Below, piece after piece: positions 13,111 through 24,044 of a DNA stretch of 64,000 nt. The DNA lies in NCBI GenBank assembly GCA_965221125.1, contig CBDCRW010000006.1, positions 608,001 through 672,000 on the forward strand, read 5' to 3'. The number at the start of each line of letters is the position of its first letter. Within the stretch, counting starts at the first letter, position 1. Below the pieces are notes generated by a model. It saw nothing but the letters and a program-made list of their open reading frames with translations. It had not been told where the DNA came from and made no database searches. The DNA comes from Alphaproteobacteria bacterium. Its GTDB lineage: Bacteria > Pseudomonadota > Alphaproteobacteria > UBA828. The position numbers and the translations under genes are program-made.

Positions 13111-13734
13111 TCAGCTATCTGAGCCAACAATTTGTTCCTTTGTGATTTCGCCCAATCTCTCAGAGAATTTACTCGTTATATAATTCTCGTCAAAATTCCA
13201 AATGCTTCCATCTTCCAACCTTGCTTGCCGAACGTAGACACCAACTACTCCGAATTTCTCAAACTTGAATAGGTAAACTGGGTCGTAATCCCACTGCATT
13301 CTGATCGACGGCGGATCCATAGTGATGCCTGTAAGCCCACCAAGATACTCCTTGAACGCATCGTAGACAATGATACCGAATTTCACTGCAACGACTCCTT
13401 CCCCTTCTGCATCAACAGTAATTGTTAGCGTCTCCTTGGATAGCCGGCGGAGTCTGCTCTTATCGTGATCTGCCAGGTATCGAAACAGAGCATCGTAATA
13501 CGCATCCGCGAGTGCAGCGGTTTTTGATGGAACGTGACGTACAGTCACTTTCTTTATGAAGACAGGGCTAACTTCTTCATTTATTTGGAATGCTTCATTG
13601 AAATATACAACACCAGTCTCATTCTCGTAAATGTTAACTCGTTCAACGCGAGCCTCTTGTGCATGTACAACGGAGAATGTCAAAAGAACTAGTAAAGTTC
13701 CGGCAGCCACGCACAAGACAGACTTCATTATCAT
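13111..13734 (-). CDS. Hypothetical secreted protein, low-GC
   Basis: 207-aa ORF with AAGGAG RBS and Sec signal ending VHA|Q. Visibly more AT-rich than its neighbours. Confidence 0.8.
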   Translation of the reverse strand: MIMKSVLCVAAGTLLVLLTFSVVHAQEARVERVNIYENETGVVYFNEAFQINEEVSPVFIKKVTVRHVPSKTAALADAYYDALFRYLADHDKSRLRRLSKETLTITVDAEGEGVVAVKFGIIVYDAFKEYLGGLTGITMDPPSIRMQWDYDPVYLFKFEKFGVVGVYVRQARLEDGSIWNFDENYITSKFSERLGEITKEQIVGSDS

Positions 13735-13746
13735 GTCTCCTTATCC

Positions 13747-14301
13747 CTACCGATTGGCGCCGGGGACCCAGAGGGTGTCGGTGGCGCCGTCGTCGTTGAG
13801 GTGGCGGGCGAGCACGAAGAGGTGGTCGGAGAGCCGGTTTGCGTAGATCACCGCGAGCGGATTGACGGCCTCCTGCTCCGCCAGCGCCGTGATCAGACGC
13901 TCGGCGCGGCGGACCACCGTGCGCGCGAGATGCAGTGCCGTAGCGGCGCGCCCGCCGCCGGGCAGGACGAAGGATTCGAGCGGCTTCAGGCGCTCGTTGA
14001 GCGCGTCGATCTCGCCTTCCAGCCGATCGATCTGGGATTGCGCGATGCGGAGCCCGTCCTCGAGCGAACCGGGCCGGCAGAGGTCGGCGCCGAGGTCGAA
14101 GAGATCGTTCTGGATGCGCTCCAGCATCGCGTCCGCTTCGCCCTCGGTCTCGAGCCGGGCAAGGCCGATCGCCGCGTTCGCCTCGTCCACCGTGCCGTAG
14201 GCCTCGACGCGGGCGTCGTGCTTCTTCACCCGCGCGCCGCCGCCGAGCGAGGTCTCCCCCGCGTCGCCGCCGCGGGTGTAGATCTTCGTGAGGCGGACCA
14301 T
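13747..14301 (-). CDS. pduO: ATP:cob(I)alamin adenosyltransferase, PduO-type
   Basis: KIYTRGGDAGET, AYGTVDEAN, QNDLFDLGAD, FVLPGG, RTVVRRAER, NRLSD. Confidence 0.95.
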   Translation of the reverse strand: MVRLTKIYTRGGDAGETSLGGGARVKKHDARVEAYGTVDEANAAIGLARLETEGEADAMLERIQNDLFDLGADLCRPGSLEDGLRIAQSQIDRLEGEIDALNERLKPLESFVLPGGGRAATALHLARTVVRRAERLITALAEQEAVNPLAVIYANRLSDHLFVLARHLNDDGATDTLWVPGANR

Positions 14302-14306
14302 TCGCG

Positions 14307-14501
14307 CTACTTCTGAACGACGAACACCAGCAGCGCGAGCAGCGCGATCGCCGCGAATTGCAGCCCGACCCGCCAGCGCATGAAGACGTTGCTCTTGCTG
14401 TTCTTGCCGCCTGAGTACATGGCGCCGAGCCCCAGAACGAGTGCGACCACAACCGCGCCCATCAGCACGTAGACGGCGATCTCGAGAATGTCGGCGAACA
14501 T
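14307..14501 (-). CDS. HIG1-like twin transmembrane helix small protein
   Basis: Two TM helices flanking SNVFMRWRVGLQ. Usual position upstream of pduO in alphaproteobacteria. Confidence 0.88.
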   Translation of the reverse strand: MFADILEIAVYVLMGAVVVALVLGLGAMYSGGKNSKSNVFMRWRVGLQFAAIALLALLVFVVQK

Positions 14502-14696
14502 GGCTCACCTTGCGGCCGCGCGGCGGGCGGGATCGAGAGCGGCCCTTCGCCTGCGCTTATAGCGCGTCGCCGGCGCGCTGCCCACGCCAATCGGCGGCGC
14601 GGCAGGCGCCCGCGCGCTTGTTCCGCCTACCCCGGAGTGTCAATTTGCGATCGGCTAGATGGAAGCGCGACCCAAGAGTTTTCGCGAGGTGATTGC

Positions 14697-15692
14697 ATGA
14701 ACGTGGCAACCGAGACGCGGTCCGCGCCGGTGCGGACCGGCGAGTTCAAGTACCTGGCGGCGTCGGTCGAGAGCTCGCTCTACCGCAACGGCAAGGTGTT
14801 CACCCGCCGGGACAGCAGCGGCAACGACATCCCCTGGCAGGGCGGCGAGCTGGAAGCGCGGCCAATGCCGGTTCATGACGGGCGCGGCCTGCGGGGGACG
14901 GAGCGCCGCACGCTCGGCGCGAGCGGCTTCGAATTGCTGGAGCACGCCGGCGCGCCTCCGGGCATCGACTATCTGGATCACGAGCAGGTCGTGCGCGACT
15001 ACTACCCGCACTGCGCCGAGGCCGTCCGCGAGGCGACGGGTGCGCGCATCGTCGCGGCCTTCGACCACAACGTGCGCTCGGCCTCGGGCAAGCGGAGCGG
15101 CAAGCGCATCGCGGGCGGGCAGAACGTGCAGCGCCCCGCGCACGTGGTGCACGGCGACTACACGCTGACCAGCGGGCCGCAACGCCTGCGCGACCTGGCG
15201 AATCCGCCCGCCGTCAACGACACCTACCGCACCATGCTTGCGGACGGCGAGACGCTCCTCGACGCGGCGGACGTGGGCCGCGCCATCGATTCGGGCCGGT
15301 TCGCGCTCATCAATCTCTGGCGGAACATCGCGGACGAGCCGGTCGCGACCCACCCCCTCGCGCTCTGCGACGCGTCGAGCGTGCATCCCGACGACCTGGT
15401 GGTCTTCGAGATCCACTACGCCGACCGTATCGGCGAGAACTATTTTGCCAAGCACTCGGACGACCATCGCTGGTACTTCTTTCCCGCCATGACCGGCGAC
15501 GAAGCGCTGCTGATCAAGCAGTGGGATTCGGCCGGCGGGATGGCACGCAGCGGAGGCGCGCGTGCGGACACGATGAGCCCGGACGCACCCTGCACCTTCA
15601 GCTTTCACAGCGCCTTCGCGGACCCGACGACACCAGAGGACGCGCCGGACCGCTGGAGCATCGAAGTGCGCTGCGCGGTGCTCTACGACTAG
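14697..15692 (+). CDS. CmcJ/NvfI/AsaB-family oxidoreductase
   Basis: FDHNVR, VHGDYT (HxD), INLWRNI, PLALCDA, LLIKQWDS, HSAF, SIEVR. GAGG RBS. Confidence 0.85.
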   Translation: MNVATETRSAPVRTGEFKYLAASVESSLYRNGKVFTRRDSSGNDIPWQGGELEARPMPVHDGRGLRGTERRTLGASGFELLEHAGAPPGIDYLDHEQVVRDYYPHCAEAVREATGARIVAAFDHNVRSASGKRSGKRIAGGQNVQRPAHVVHGDYTLTSGPQRLRDLANPPAVNDTYRTMLADGETLLDAADVGRAIDSGRFALINLWRNIADEPVATHPLALCDASSVHPDDLVVFEIHYADRIGENYFAKHSDDHRWYFFPAMTGDEALLIKQWDSAGGMARSGGARADTMSPDAPCTFSFHSAFADPTTPEDAPDRWSIEVRCAVLYD

Positions 15693-15703
15693 GGCAGCGC
15701 GGG

Positions 15704-16354
15704 GTGAGCACCCTGGAGGGGCCGGAACGGCCGCCGGCGAACGGTGGAGCGCCCCGCAAGCTGGTCCTCCTGCTGCACGGCCTCGGCGCCGACGGCAACG
15801 ACCTGATCGGCCTCGCCGAGCCCTGGGGGCGGCTCCTGCCCCACGCCCATTTCGCCGCCCCCGACGCGCCGGAGCCCTGCGACATGGCGCCCACGGGCCG
15901 GCAGTGGTTCAGCCTCGCCGACCGCTCGCCTGCCAGCATGGCGGAGGGCGTCGTCCGCGCGGCGGACGCGCTCAACGCCGATATCGACGCCAGGCTGGCG
16001 GCGCTCGGCCTCGGCGAGAGCGACCTCGCGCTGGTGGGCTTTAGCCAGGGCACGATGATGTCGCTCCACGTCGCCTATCGGCGCGCCGCGGCGTGCGCCG
16101 GCGTGCTGGGCTTCTCGGGCCGGCTCGTGGGTGGAGAGCGTCTGGAGAGCGAGCTTCGGGCGCGGCCCCCTGCATTGCTGGTCCATGGCGATGCGGACGA
16201 CCTGGTGCCGGTGGGTGCGCTCTTCGAGGCGGCGACCACGCTCGGCGCCTGCGAGGTGCCGGTGCAATGGCACGTGAGCCGGGGGATCGGCCACGGCATC
16301 GCGCCGGACGGCCTGCAGATCGGCGGGCTCTTCCTCCGCGACGTGCTGAGCTGA
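15704..16354 (+). CDS. Phospholipase/carboxylesterase (alpha/beta hydrolase)
   Basis: LLHGLGADG, GFSQG nucleophile motif, VHGDADDLV, GHGI. Confidence 0.92.
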   Translation: MSTLEGPERPPANGGAPRKLVLLLHGLGADGNDLIGLAEPWGRLLPHAHFAAPDAPEPCDMAPTGRQWFSLADRSPASMAEGVVRAADALNADIDARLAALGLGESDLALVGFSQGTMMSLHVAYRRAAACAGVLGFSGRLVGGERLESELRARPPALLVHGDADDLVPVGALFEAATTLGACEVPVQWHVSRGIGHGIAPDGLQIGGLFLRDVLS

Positions 16355-16373
16355 GGCTGAGAAAAGAGGCGCG

Positions 16374-17618
<1,245 letters not shown>

Positions 17619-17627
17619 GGGTGATGC

Positions 17628-18215
17628 CTAGGTTTGGTCCGCCGCGGCGTCCGCCGCAAGGTCCGCGTCGCCGGCGGTGATCCCGAGGGCGCGGAGGTTC
17701 TCTTGCGTGGTGTTGTCGAAGGCGATGCCGCGGCTCCGTGCCGCGTGGACGGCGCGGCGGACGATCCGGTCGAACCCCTCGATCTGCGAGTCGATCCTGA
17801 GGCTGCGCCCGCCGGCCTTGAGGGTGAGCTGCATCCAGCCGCGCTCGCGGTTGCGCCGGGTCGCGTAGTAGCCGAGCGTGCAGCGTGTCAGCCGGTCCCA
17901 GGCCAGTTGCCGGCGCAGGAGGCCGTCTGCGACGATATCCTCCTCGCTCACCCTGAGAGACGTCCGATGCCGGAGCGCCGTGCGGGCGCCGTAGACGGCG
18001 AAGAGCGCACCGAGGCCGCCCAGCACCCAGGCGGCGGGGCCGGCAGATGCTGCCAGCCCGAGGGGCCCGAGCGTGAAGAGCAGGCCGAGCCCGGAATAGA
18101 GGTAGTCGAGCAGCACCGCGCGGACAGGATAACGATGGCGGCTCTCGCCGGCTTCCGCCGCCTGCGCCGCCTCGAAGCCGGGCTCAGGCGCGGTTTCGGG
18201 AACGGGAGCGTTCAC
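17628..18215 (-). CDS. Hypothetical membrane protein (2 TM plus soluble domain)
   Basis: GTG start overlaps the ligase stop by 4 bp. Two hydrophobic helices, then YYATRR..GWMQL.L..RIDS.IEGF. Confidence 0.7.
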   Translation of the reverse strand: MNAPVPETAPEPGFEAAQAAEAGESRHRYPVRAVLLDYLYSGLGLLFTLGPLGLAASAGPAAWVLGGLGALFAVYGARTALRHRTSLRVSEEDIVADGLLRRQLAWDRLTRCTLGYYATRRNRERGWMQLTLKAGGRSLRIDSQIEGFDRIVRRAVHAARSRGIAFDNTTQENLRALGITAGDADLAADAAADQT

Positions 18216-19852
18216 CCCGAGCGCCCCAGGCGCTCGCGCCTGACGCGGATGCCGGCAGCCTCGCGGTCCCAGCTGTCCTCGGTGATGCCGTCTGCGCGCA
18301 GCCTGTGCTTCTCGATCTTCTCGGTGGGCGTCTTGGGCAGGGCGTCGACGATGCGCACGTAGCGCGGGATCATGAAGTGGGCGAGGCGCGACTCGAGAAA
18401 GGCCAGCAGGTCCGCCGGATCGAGCGCGTGTTCCAGCCGCAGCGCGACCACCGCCATGACCTCGTCCTCGCCAAGGTCGCTCGGCACCGGGATGACGGCA
18501 GCCTCGCGCACCGCCGGATGGGCCGCGACCTCGGTCTCGACCTCGAGCGAGGAGATGTTCTCGCCGCGCCGGCGGATCGTGTCCTTCAGGCGGTCGACGA
18601 AGTAGAGATTGCCGTCCCCGTCCACGCGGCCGGCGTCGCCGGTGTGGAACCAGCCGTTGCGCCAGGCCCGCGCGGTCGCCTCCGGCTCCTTGTAGTAGCC
18701 GTGGTTGATGGCCCAGGGCGTGTCGGCGCGCACCACGATCTCGCCCGTCGCACCCACCGGCACCTCGCAGTCGTTGGCATCGACCACGCGAAGCTCGCAG
18801 CCGGGCCGCACCGTGCCGGCGCTGCCGGGCACGGTCATGGGCACGGTGGTCATCACCGGGCAGCAAAGCTCGGTCATGTTGTAGATCGAGTAGACCTGCA
18901 AGCCGAAACGCTCCATGAACGCGTCGACGTCGTTCACGAGCGGCACCATGCCGACGGTGCGCAGCGGATGGTCGCGGTCGCGCGGCGAGGGCGGCTCCTT
19001 CTCCAGGAACTGCGCCATGACGCCCAGCATGAACACCGAGGTGACTCCGGTGCGGCGCACCGTGTCCCAGAACGTGTGCGTCTTGAAGTACTCGACCAGC
19101 GTGATGGAGGCGTGCTGGCAGAGCATGCCGTAGGCGATGGTCGCGCCGCCCAGGTGGAAGAGCGGCAGGCTGATGAGGTAGCGGTCCTCCGGCGTGATGA
19201 AGCGCCAGGTGTCGGGGCCGAAGTTCGAGAAGGCGTGGCAGTAGGAGCTGAGCACCGCCTTGGACGGCCCCGTGGTGCCGGAGGTGAAGATGATCGACTG
19301 GGTGTCCCACGGCTCGATCGGGCGGGCGAGCGGGGCCAGCGTCCCGCCTTCCGGGTGAAGCACGGTCTCGTCCAGCGCCGTGAGACCTTCGATGGCAGGC
19401 GGCGGGCCGCCCACGGCCACCAGGGTCTCCAGGTCGGCGAGAGCAACCGTGGCGAGCCGCGGCGCAAGCTCCGCGTGGGCGACGATGATGCGGGCGTCGG
19501 AGCGCGCCACCACGTGCTCCAGTAGGCGGCCCTTGTAGGCGGTGTTGATGGGCACGTAGACGGCGCCCATGTAGTTGGAGCCCAGGAACATGCGGAGCGC
19601 GTCGGCGCCGTTCGGCAGCCACGAGAGCACGTGGTCGCCCTGGCGAAGGCCGAGCGCCTGCAGGCCGATGGCGGTTTGGATCACCTCCGCGCGGGTGCGG
19701 GCGTAGCTCCACTCGGTGCCGTCCTCGAAGACGCAAAAAATCTTGTCGGGCGTCGCCGCCGCCAGCCGGTCGAGCAGGTAGCGGAGCACGCACCTGTCCG
19801 CCGCCGGGACTCGCGGATCGCTGTGGGACGTCGCCCCGGGCTGTTCCACCAC
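18212..19852 (-). CDS. AMP-dependent acyl-CoA ligase (CaiC-like)
   Basis: FTSGTTGPSK, YNMTE, GWFHTGD, DRLKDTIRRRGENISS, LPKTPTEKIEK. Start uncertain (GTG 19852 chosen). Confidence 0.92.
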   Translation of the reverse strand: MVEQPGATSHSDPRVPAADRCVLRYLLDRLAAATPDKIFCVFEDGTEWSYARTRAEVIQTAIGLQALGLRQGDHVLSWLPNGADALRMFLGSNYMGAVYVPINTAYKGRLLEHVVARSDARIIVAHAELAPRLATVALADLETLVAVGGPPPAIEGLTALDETVLHPEGGTLAPLARPIEPWDTQSIIFTSGTTGPSKAVLSSYCHAFSNFGPDTWRFITPEDRYLISLPLFHLGGATIAYGMLCQHASITLVEYFKTHTFWDTVRRTGVTSVFMLGVMAQFLEKEPPSPRDRDHPLRTVGMVPLVNDVDAFMERFGLQVYSIYNMTELCCPVMTTVPMTVPGSAGTVRPGCELRVVDANDCEVPVGATGEIVVRADTPWAINHGYYKEPEATARAWRNGWFHTGDAGRVDGDGNLYFVDRLKDTIRRRGENISSLEVETEVAAHPAVREAAVIPVPSDLGEDEVMAVVALRLEHALDPADLLAFLESRLAHFMIPRYVRIVDALPKTPTEKIEKHRLRADGITEDSWDREAAGIRVRRERLGRSG

Positions 19853-19937
19853 CGTCGCTCGCTCGTTGGCCGCTGTTACTGACGGCCCCCTTGTAGCCCG
19901 GAGCCGTGCTGCGATTAACCCGGAATTCTCGTCGCTG

Positions 19938-21068
19938 TCAGGCGTCGGCGTGGACGGCGTCGAGAGCACGGTTCAGGGTGGCGGCGGCGGTCTCGAGGCC
20001 GTGGCGCTCGAGCACCCGCGCCGCGGCGGCTGCGCCCATGGTGGTGCGCCTCTCGGCATTCGTCGAAAGCTCGACCACGGCGCCGGCGAAGGCGACGTCG
20101 TCGTTGCGCGGCGTGACGAGGCCGGTCTCGCAGTCGGCGATGACGGCCGCGGGGCCGGGCCAGTCCCGCGCCACCACCGGCAGGCCCGCGGCCTGCGCCT
20201 CCAGCACGGCCGGGCTGAGCGCATCCTGGTAGGCAGGCCAGACATAGAGGTCGCAGGCAGCGTAGACCGCGCGGAGCGTGTCGGCCCGGCGGGCGCCGGC
20301 GAAGACGGCGCGGCCTGGCCCAAGCGGCGCCAGCGTCTCCTCCACCAGCTCGCGCGCTTCGCCGTCGCCCACCGCGAGGAGCTGCCAGGGCGGCTCGGCG
20401 ATGAGGCCGAGGGAGCGGCCCAGCAAGCGCCAGGAGGCAAGCGCCGCGCCGGGGCGCATGGGAGCCACCGCCAGCAGCCACGGGCGGGCGGGATCGAGCG
20501 GCAGCGCTTGGGCGAGCGCGCGCCGGGCCTCGTCGCGCTCCGTCGCCCGGTAGGGCGCGGGGTCGAGGAAGGGCGCGAGCCGGTAGAGCCGCGCGCTGCT
20601 CGCGACGAGCGGCCGGATGCTCTCCTCGTCTTCGGCCGTGAGCGAGAGCACCGCGTGTGCGCGAGCGATGGCGCGGGCCGCATAGGCGTGCCAGCTCGCG
20701 TCGGCGCCGCCGCCCTGCGGGCGGGCGCAAGACGCGCCCACCAGCACATAGGGAATGCCCAGCGTCTCGGCCACGATCGCGCCGATCAGGTCGGGCGCCG
20801 CCTGGTGCAGCCGGCAGGTGAGCCAGGCCTCGGGCCGGGCGACGCTCGGCAGGTCGCGGTACGAGGCGACGAGGCGCATCGCGTGCTTCACGGCCTTACG
20901 CTCCAGGGCGGCTCGCCTGCTGCCCTCTTCGGTGCGAAACTCGGACGGCACAAGCACCTGGTGGCCGCCGACGTCGAGCGCCCGCGCAAGCAGGTGAACC
21001 AGCGTCGGCCCGGCCGATGCCGCCGCCGTATCGGGATCGTCAACGGGGGTGTAGAGCGCGATCCGCAT
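19938..21068 (-). CDS. GT4-family glycosyltransferase (divergent)
   Basis: MRIALYTP start, VGDGEAR, YAACDLYVWPA..VLEAQAAGLPVV, ETGLV. Confidence 0.8.
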   Translation of the reverse strand: MRIALYTPVDDPDTAAASAGPTLVHLLARALDVGGHQVLVPSEFRTEEGSRRAALERKAVKHAMRLVASYRDLPSVARPEAWLTCRLHQAAPDLIGAIVAETLGIPYVLVGASCARPQGGGADASWHAYAARAIARAHAVLSLTAEDEESIRPLVASSARLYRLAPFLDPAPYRATERDEARRALAQALPLDPARPWLLAVAPMRPGAALASWRLLGRSLGLIAEPPWQLLAVGDGEARELVEETLAPLGPGRAVFAGARRADTLRAVYAACDLYVWPAYQDALSPAVLEAQAAGLPVVARDWPGPAAVIADCETGLVTPRNDDVAFAGAVVELSTNAERRTTMGAAAAARVLERHGLETAAATLNRALDAVHADA

Positions 21069-21165
21069 GTCAGGCGGGGATCGTCGGTGCCTGCGGCGCA
21101 GAGGGGTTTGCGCCCCACGCCCCGCATCGGCGATTATCCCGCGCCAGCAACAGGGAGGAACCCCG

Positions 21166-21873
21166 GTGACCGAGACACCCCTCAACGAGGCCGAATTGGC
21201 GGCGCTCCGCGCCTACGACACGCCCACGATCTGCAACGCGCTCGAAATCGTCTGCCCCGAGCGCCGTGCGCTGGGCTTCACGACCGAGACGCTGATCTGC
21301 TCCTTCCCGGAGCTCGAGCCGATGGTGGGCTATGCGCGGACCGCGACGATCCGCTCCATGGAGAAGCCCGCCAAGGACGGCGATGCGATGGCCGCCGACC
21401 GCGTCGCCTACTACCGCTACGTGGAGGAAGGCCACCGGCCCTCGATCATGGTGATCCAGGACGTGGACTCCCGGCCGGGCGCGGCCTCCTGGTGGGGGGA
21501 AGTGCATTCCGCCGTGCATCAGGCTCTGGGCTGCCTCGGCGTTGTGACCAACGGCGCGGTGCGCGATCTCGACATGATCGCCGACGGCTTCCAGTTCCTC
21601 TCCGGCACCGTGGTGCCCTCCCACGCCTGGGTCCATCTGGTGAGCCACGGCGAGCCCGTGGATGTGAGCGGCATGCTGACGCACACCGGCGACCTGGTGC
21701 ACGCCGACCGCCACGGCGCGGTGATCATCCCGCACGAGGCAGCGCGCGACGTGCCGGCGGCGGCCGAGCTCTGCATGCGCCGGGAGGCGCCGATCCTGGC
21801 TGCGTGCAAGGAGCCGGGATTCTCGGCCGACGTGATGGAGCGGGTGCTGCGCGAGGCGAAGGAGATTCACTAG
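21166..21873 (+). CDS. RraA/HMG-aldolase family protein
   Basis: YDTPTICNALE, VGYART, WGEV, VTNGAVRD, GDLVHADRHG. GGAGG RBS. Confidence 0.88.
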   Translation: MTETPLNEAELAALRAYDTPTICNALEIVCPERRALGFTTETLICSFPELEPMVGYARTATIRSMEKPAKDGDAMAADRVAYYRYVEEGHRPSIMVIQDVDSRPGAASWWGEVHSAVHQALGCLGVVTNGAVRDLDMIADGFQFLSGTVVPSHAWVHLVSHGEPVDVSGMLTHTGDLVHADRHGAVIIPHEAARDVPAAAELCMRREAPILAACKEPGFSADVMERVLREAKEIH

Positions 21874-22634
21874 GCCGTGCGGGAAGCGGCGCGGGCCCGC
21901 GTCGCCTCGCCGAACGCGCCGAAGATCGCCATCGAGAACGCATCCTCCGTGACCTTCCACTCGGGGTGCCACTGGACGCCGAGGGCGAACGAGGCGGCGT
22001 CGCTCACGCGCACGGCCTCGATCTGACCGTCGGGCGCGGTCGCCTCCACCGTGAGCCGGGGCGCGAGGCGGTCGATCCCCTGCGCGTGCAGCGAGTTGAC
22101 CGCAACCTCCGGCGCGGGCCAGAGCGACGCCAGCAGGCCGCCGTCGGCGAGCGCCACGTCATGGGCCGGCCCGTACTGCACGTCGCGAGGCTGGCTGTCG
22201 TCCGAGCGATGGTCGATGCGCCCCGGCAGGTCGTGGACGGCCTGGTGCAGGCTGCCGCCGAGGGCGACGTTGAGCTCCTGAAAGCCGCGACAGATGCAGA
22301 AGACGGGAACGCCCCGCTCGATCGCGCCGCGGATGAGCGGGAGCGTCGTCGCGTCGCGCTCGGGGTCGTGCAGCGTGCCGTCGGCGCTGGGCGGCCCGTC
22401 GTAGCGATCGGGCTCCACGTTGGATGGGCTGCCGGTGAAGAGCAGGCCGTCGAAGCGGTCGAGAACGGCGTCGAAGTCGAGCGCCGCGCCGAACGCCGGC
22501 AGCGAGAGCGGCAGGCCGCGGGCGGCCTCGGCGACCGCCCGCATGTACTTGTCGCCGACGACATGAAAGGGGTGGATGCCGATCTGCCGTGCACAGGCGG
22601 GCAGGCCGATCAGGGGAACCGGCGGGGCGCTCAT
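21870..22634 (-). CDS. puuD: Gamma-glutamyl-gamma-aminobutyrate hydrolase (peptidase C26)
   Basis: GLLFTGSPSN, CICRGFQE, VNSLHAQ, GVQWHPE. Confidence 0.88.
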   Translation of the reverse strand: MSAPPVPLIGLPACARQIGIHPFHVVGDKYMRAVAEAARGLPLSLPAFGAALDFDAVLDRFDGLLFTGSPSNVEPDRYDGPPSADGTLHDPERDATTLPLIRGAIERGVPVFCICRGFQELNVALGGSLHQAVHDLPGRIDHRSDDSQPRDVQYGPAHDVALADGGLLASLWPAPEVAVNSLHAQGIDRLAPRLTVEATAPDGQIEAVRVSDAASFALGVQWHPEWKVTEDAFSMAIFGAFGEATRARAASRTA

Positions 22635-22640
22635 GGCGGC

Positions 22641-23999
22641 TCAGCTATCACGGGGTGAGAGCGCGGGCAAGAAGCCGCCTCGCCGCTGGATACGCAGGTA
22701 GATCGCACCGAGGCCGATGCCGCGCACGGCGTAGAGCAGCGTCATCGCGAGCCACAGGCCGTGGTTGCCCATGGGCTCGCGCAGGAGCCACGCGCACGGC
22801 ACGAAGACGATGAAGGCCAGCATCATCGTGTTCCGCATGTCGGCGGTGCGCGTGACGCCGGTGAACACGCCGTCGAAGAAGATGCCCCAGACCGCCACCA
22901 GGGGCAGCGCGATCAGCCAGGGGAGATAGTCGTAGGCGACGGCGCGCACGTCCTCCAGGTCGGTGAGGACGCGGACGATGGGTGCGCCCGCGGCGCCGTA
23001 GACGGCAAGGGTGAGGAGGGCGAGCGCCAGGCACCAGAGGAGGCAGGCCCGGATGGCGCGGGCGAGATCGGCGCGGCGTCGGGCGCCGAGCGCGCGGCCG
23101 GTGAGCGCTTCCGCCGCGAAGGCGAAACCGTCGTAGGCGAAGTTGAAGAAGATGACGAAGTTGAGCAGCACCGCGTTCGCGGCCAGCACGACGTCGCCCT
23201 GGCGCGCGCTCAGCGTGGTGAAGAGCGCGAACGCCGTGATCACGAAGAGCGTGCGCAGGAAGATGTCGCGGTTGATGCCGAGGAAGCGCCGCATGGCGGC
23301 GGCATCGAGGACGTGGCGGGGGCGCCAATGGCCGCCGTGGCGGTTGGCAAGGCGGGCGGTGACGGCGGCGCCCAGGATCAGCCCGGCGTAATCCGCCGCC
23401 ACCGTGGCCCAGGCGGCACCGGCGACGGCGAGGCCGAAGCCCAGCACCAGCACCAGGTCGAGGACGATGTTGATGCCGTTGACGGCGAGCAGCAGCACCA
23501 GCGCGGCGCGGGTGTTCTGCATCCCGATGAACCAGCCCACGAGTGCCACGTTGGCGAGCGCGGCCGGCGCACCCCAGATGCGAATGAAGAAGTAGCGCAT
23601 GCCTTCGCCGGCGACGGCCTCGCTCGGCTCGACCAGGTAGAAGGCGAGCCAGCCGATCGGCCCCTGCAGCGCGAGAAGCGCCACCGCTAGCACCAGGGCG
23701 ATCAGGAGCGCGCGGACAAGCGTGGCGCGGGCTGCGTCGAAGTCGCGGGCGCCGTAGGCCTGCGCGGTGAGCCCGGTGGTGCCCATGCGCAGGAAGTTGC
23801 AGCCGAAATAGAGGGTGTTGAAGATGAGCGCGCCGACCGCGACCGCGCCCAGGAAATGCGGCTCGGGCAGGTGGCCGATCACCGCCGTGTCGACGGCGCC
23901 GAGCAGCGGCACCGAGAGGTTGGAGACGACCATCGGCCAAGCCAGCCGCCAGACCCGGCGGTGCCAGGCCCACTCGCGAATTAGAAGCGAGCGCCGCAT
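22641..23999 (-). CDS. dinF: MATE efflux transporter, DinF type
   Basis: SNLSVPLLGAVDTAVIGH, FLRMGTTG, NRDIFLRT, DGFAFAAE. Confidence 0.9.
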   Translation of the reverse strand: MRRSLLIREWAWHRRVWRLAWPMVVSNLSVPLLGAVDTAVIGHLPEPHFLGAVAVGALIFNTLYFGCNFLRMGTTGLTAQAYGARDFDAARATLVRALLIALVLAVALLALQGPIGWLAFYLVEPSEAVAGEGMRYFFIRIWGAPAALANVALVGWFIGMQNTRAALVLLLAVNGINIVLDLVLVLGFGLAVAGAAWATVAADYAGLILGAAVTARLANRHGGHWRPRHVLDAAAMRRFLGINRDIFLRTLFVITAFALFTTLSARQGDVVLAANAVLLNFVIFFNFAYDGFAFAAEALTGRALGARRRADLARAIRACLLWCLALALLTLAVYGAAGAPIVRVLTDLEDVRAVAYDYLPWLIALPLVAVWGIFFDGVFTGVTRTADMRNTMMLAFIVFVPCAWLLREPMGNHGLWLAMTLLYAVRGIGLGAIYLRIQRRGGFLPALSPRDS

Positions 24000-24044
24000 C
24001 GGACCCCTATCCCTGCGGGTGGGCAGCCACGCGGCACCGGACGG

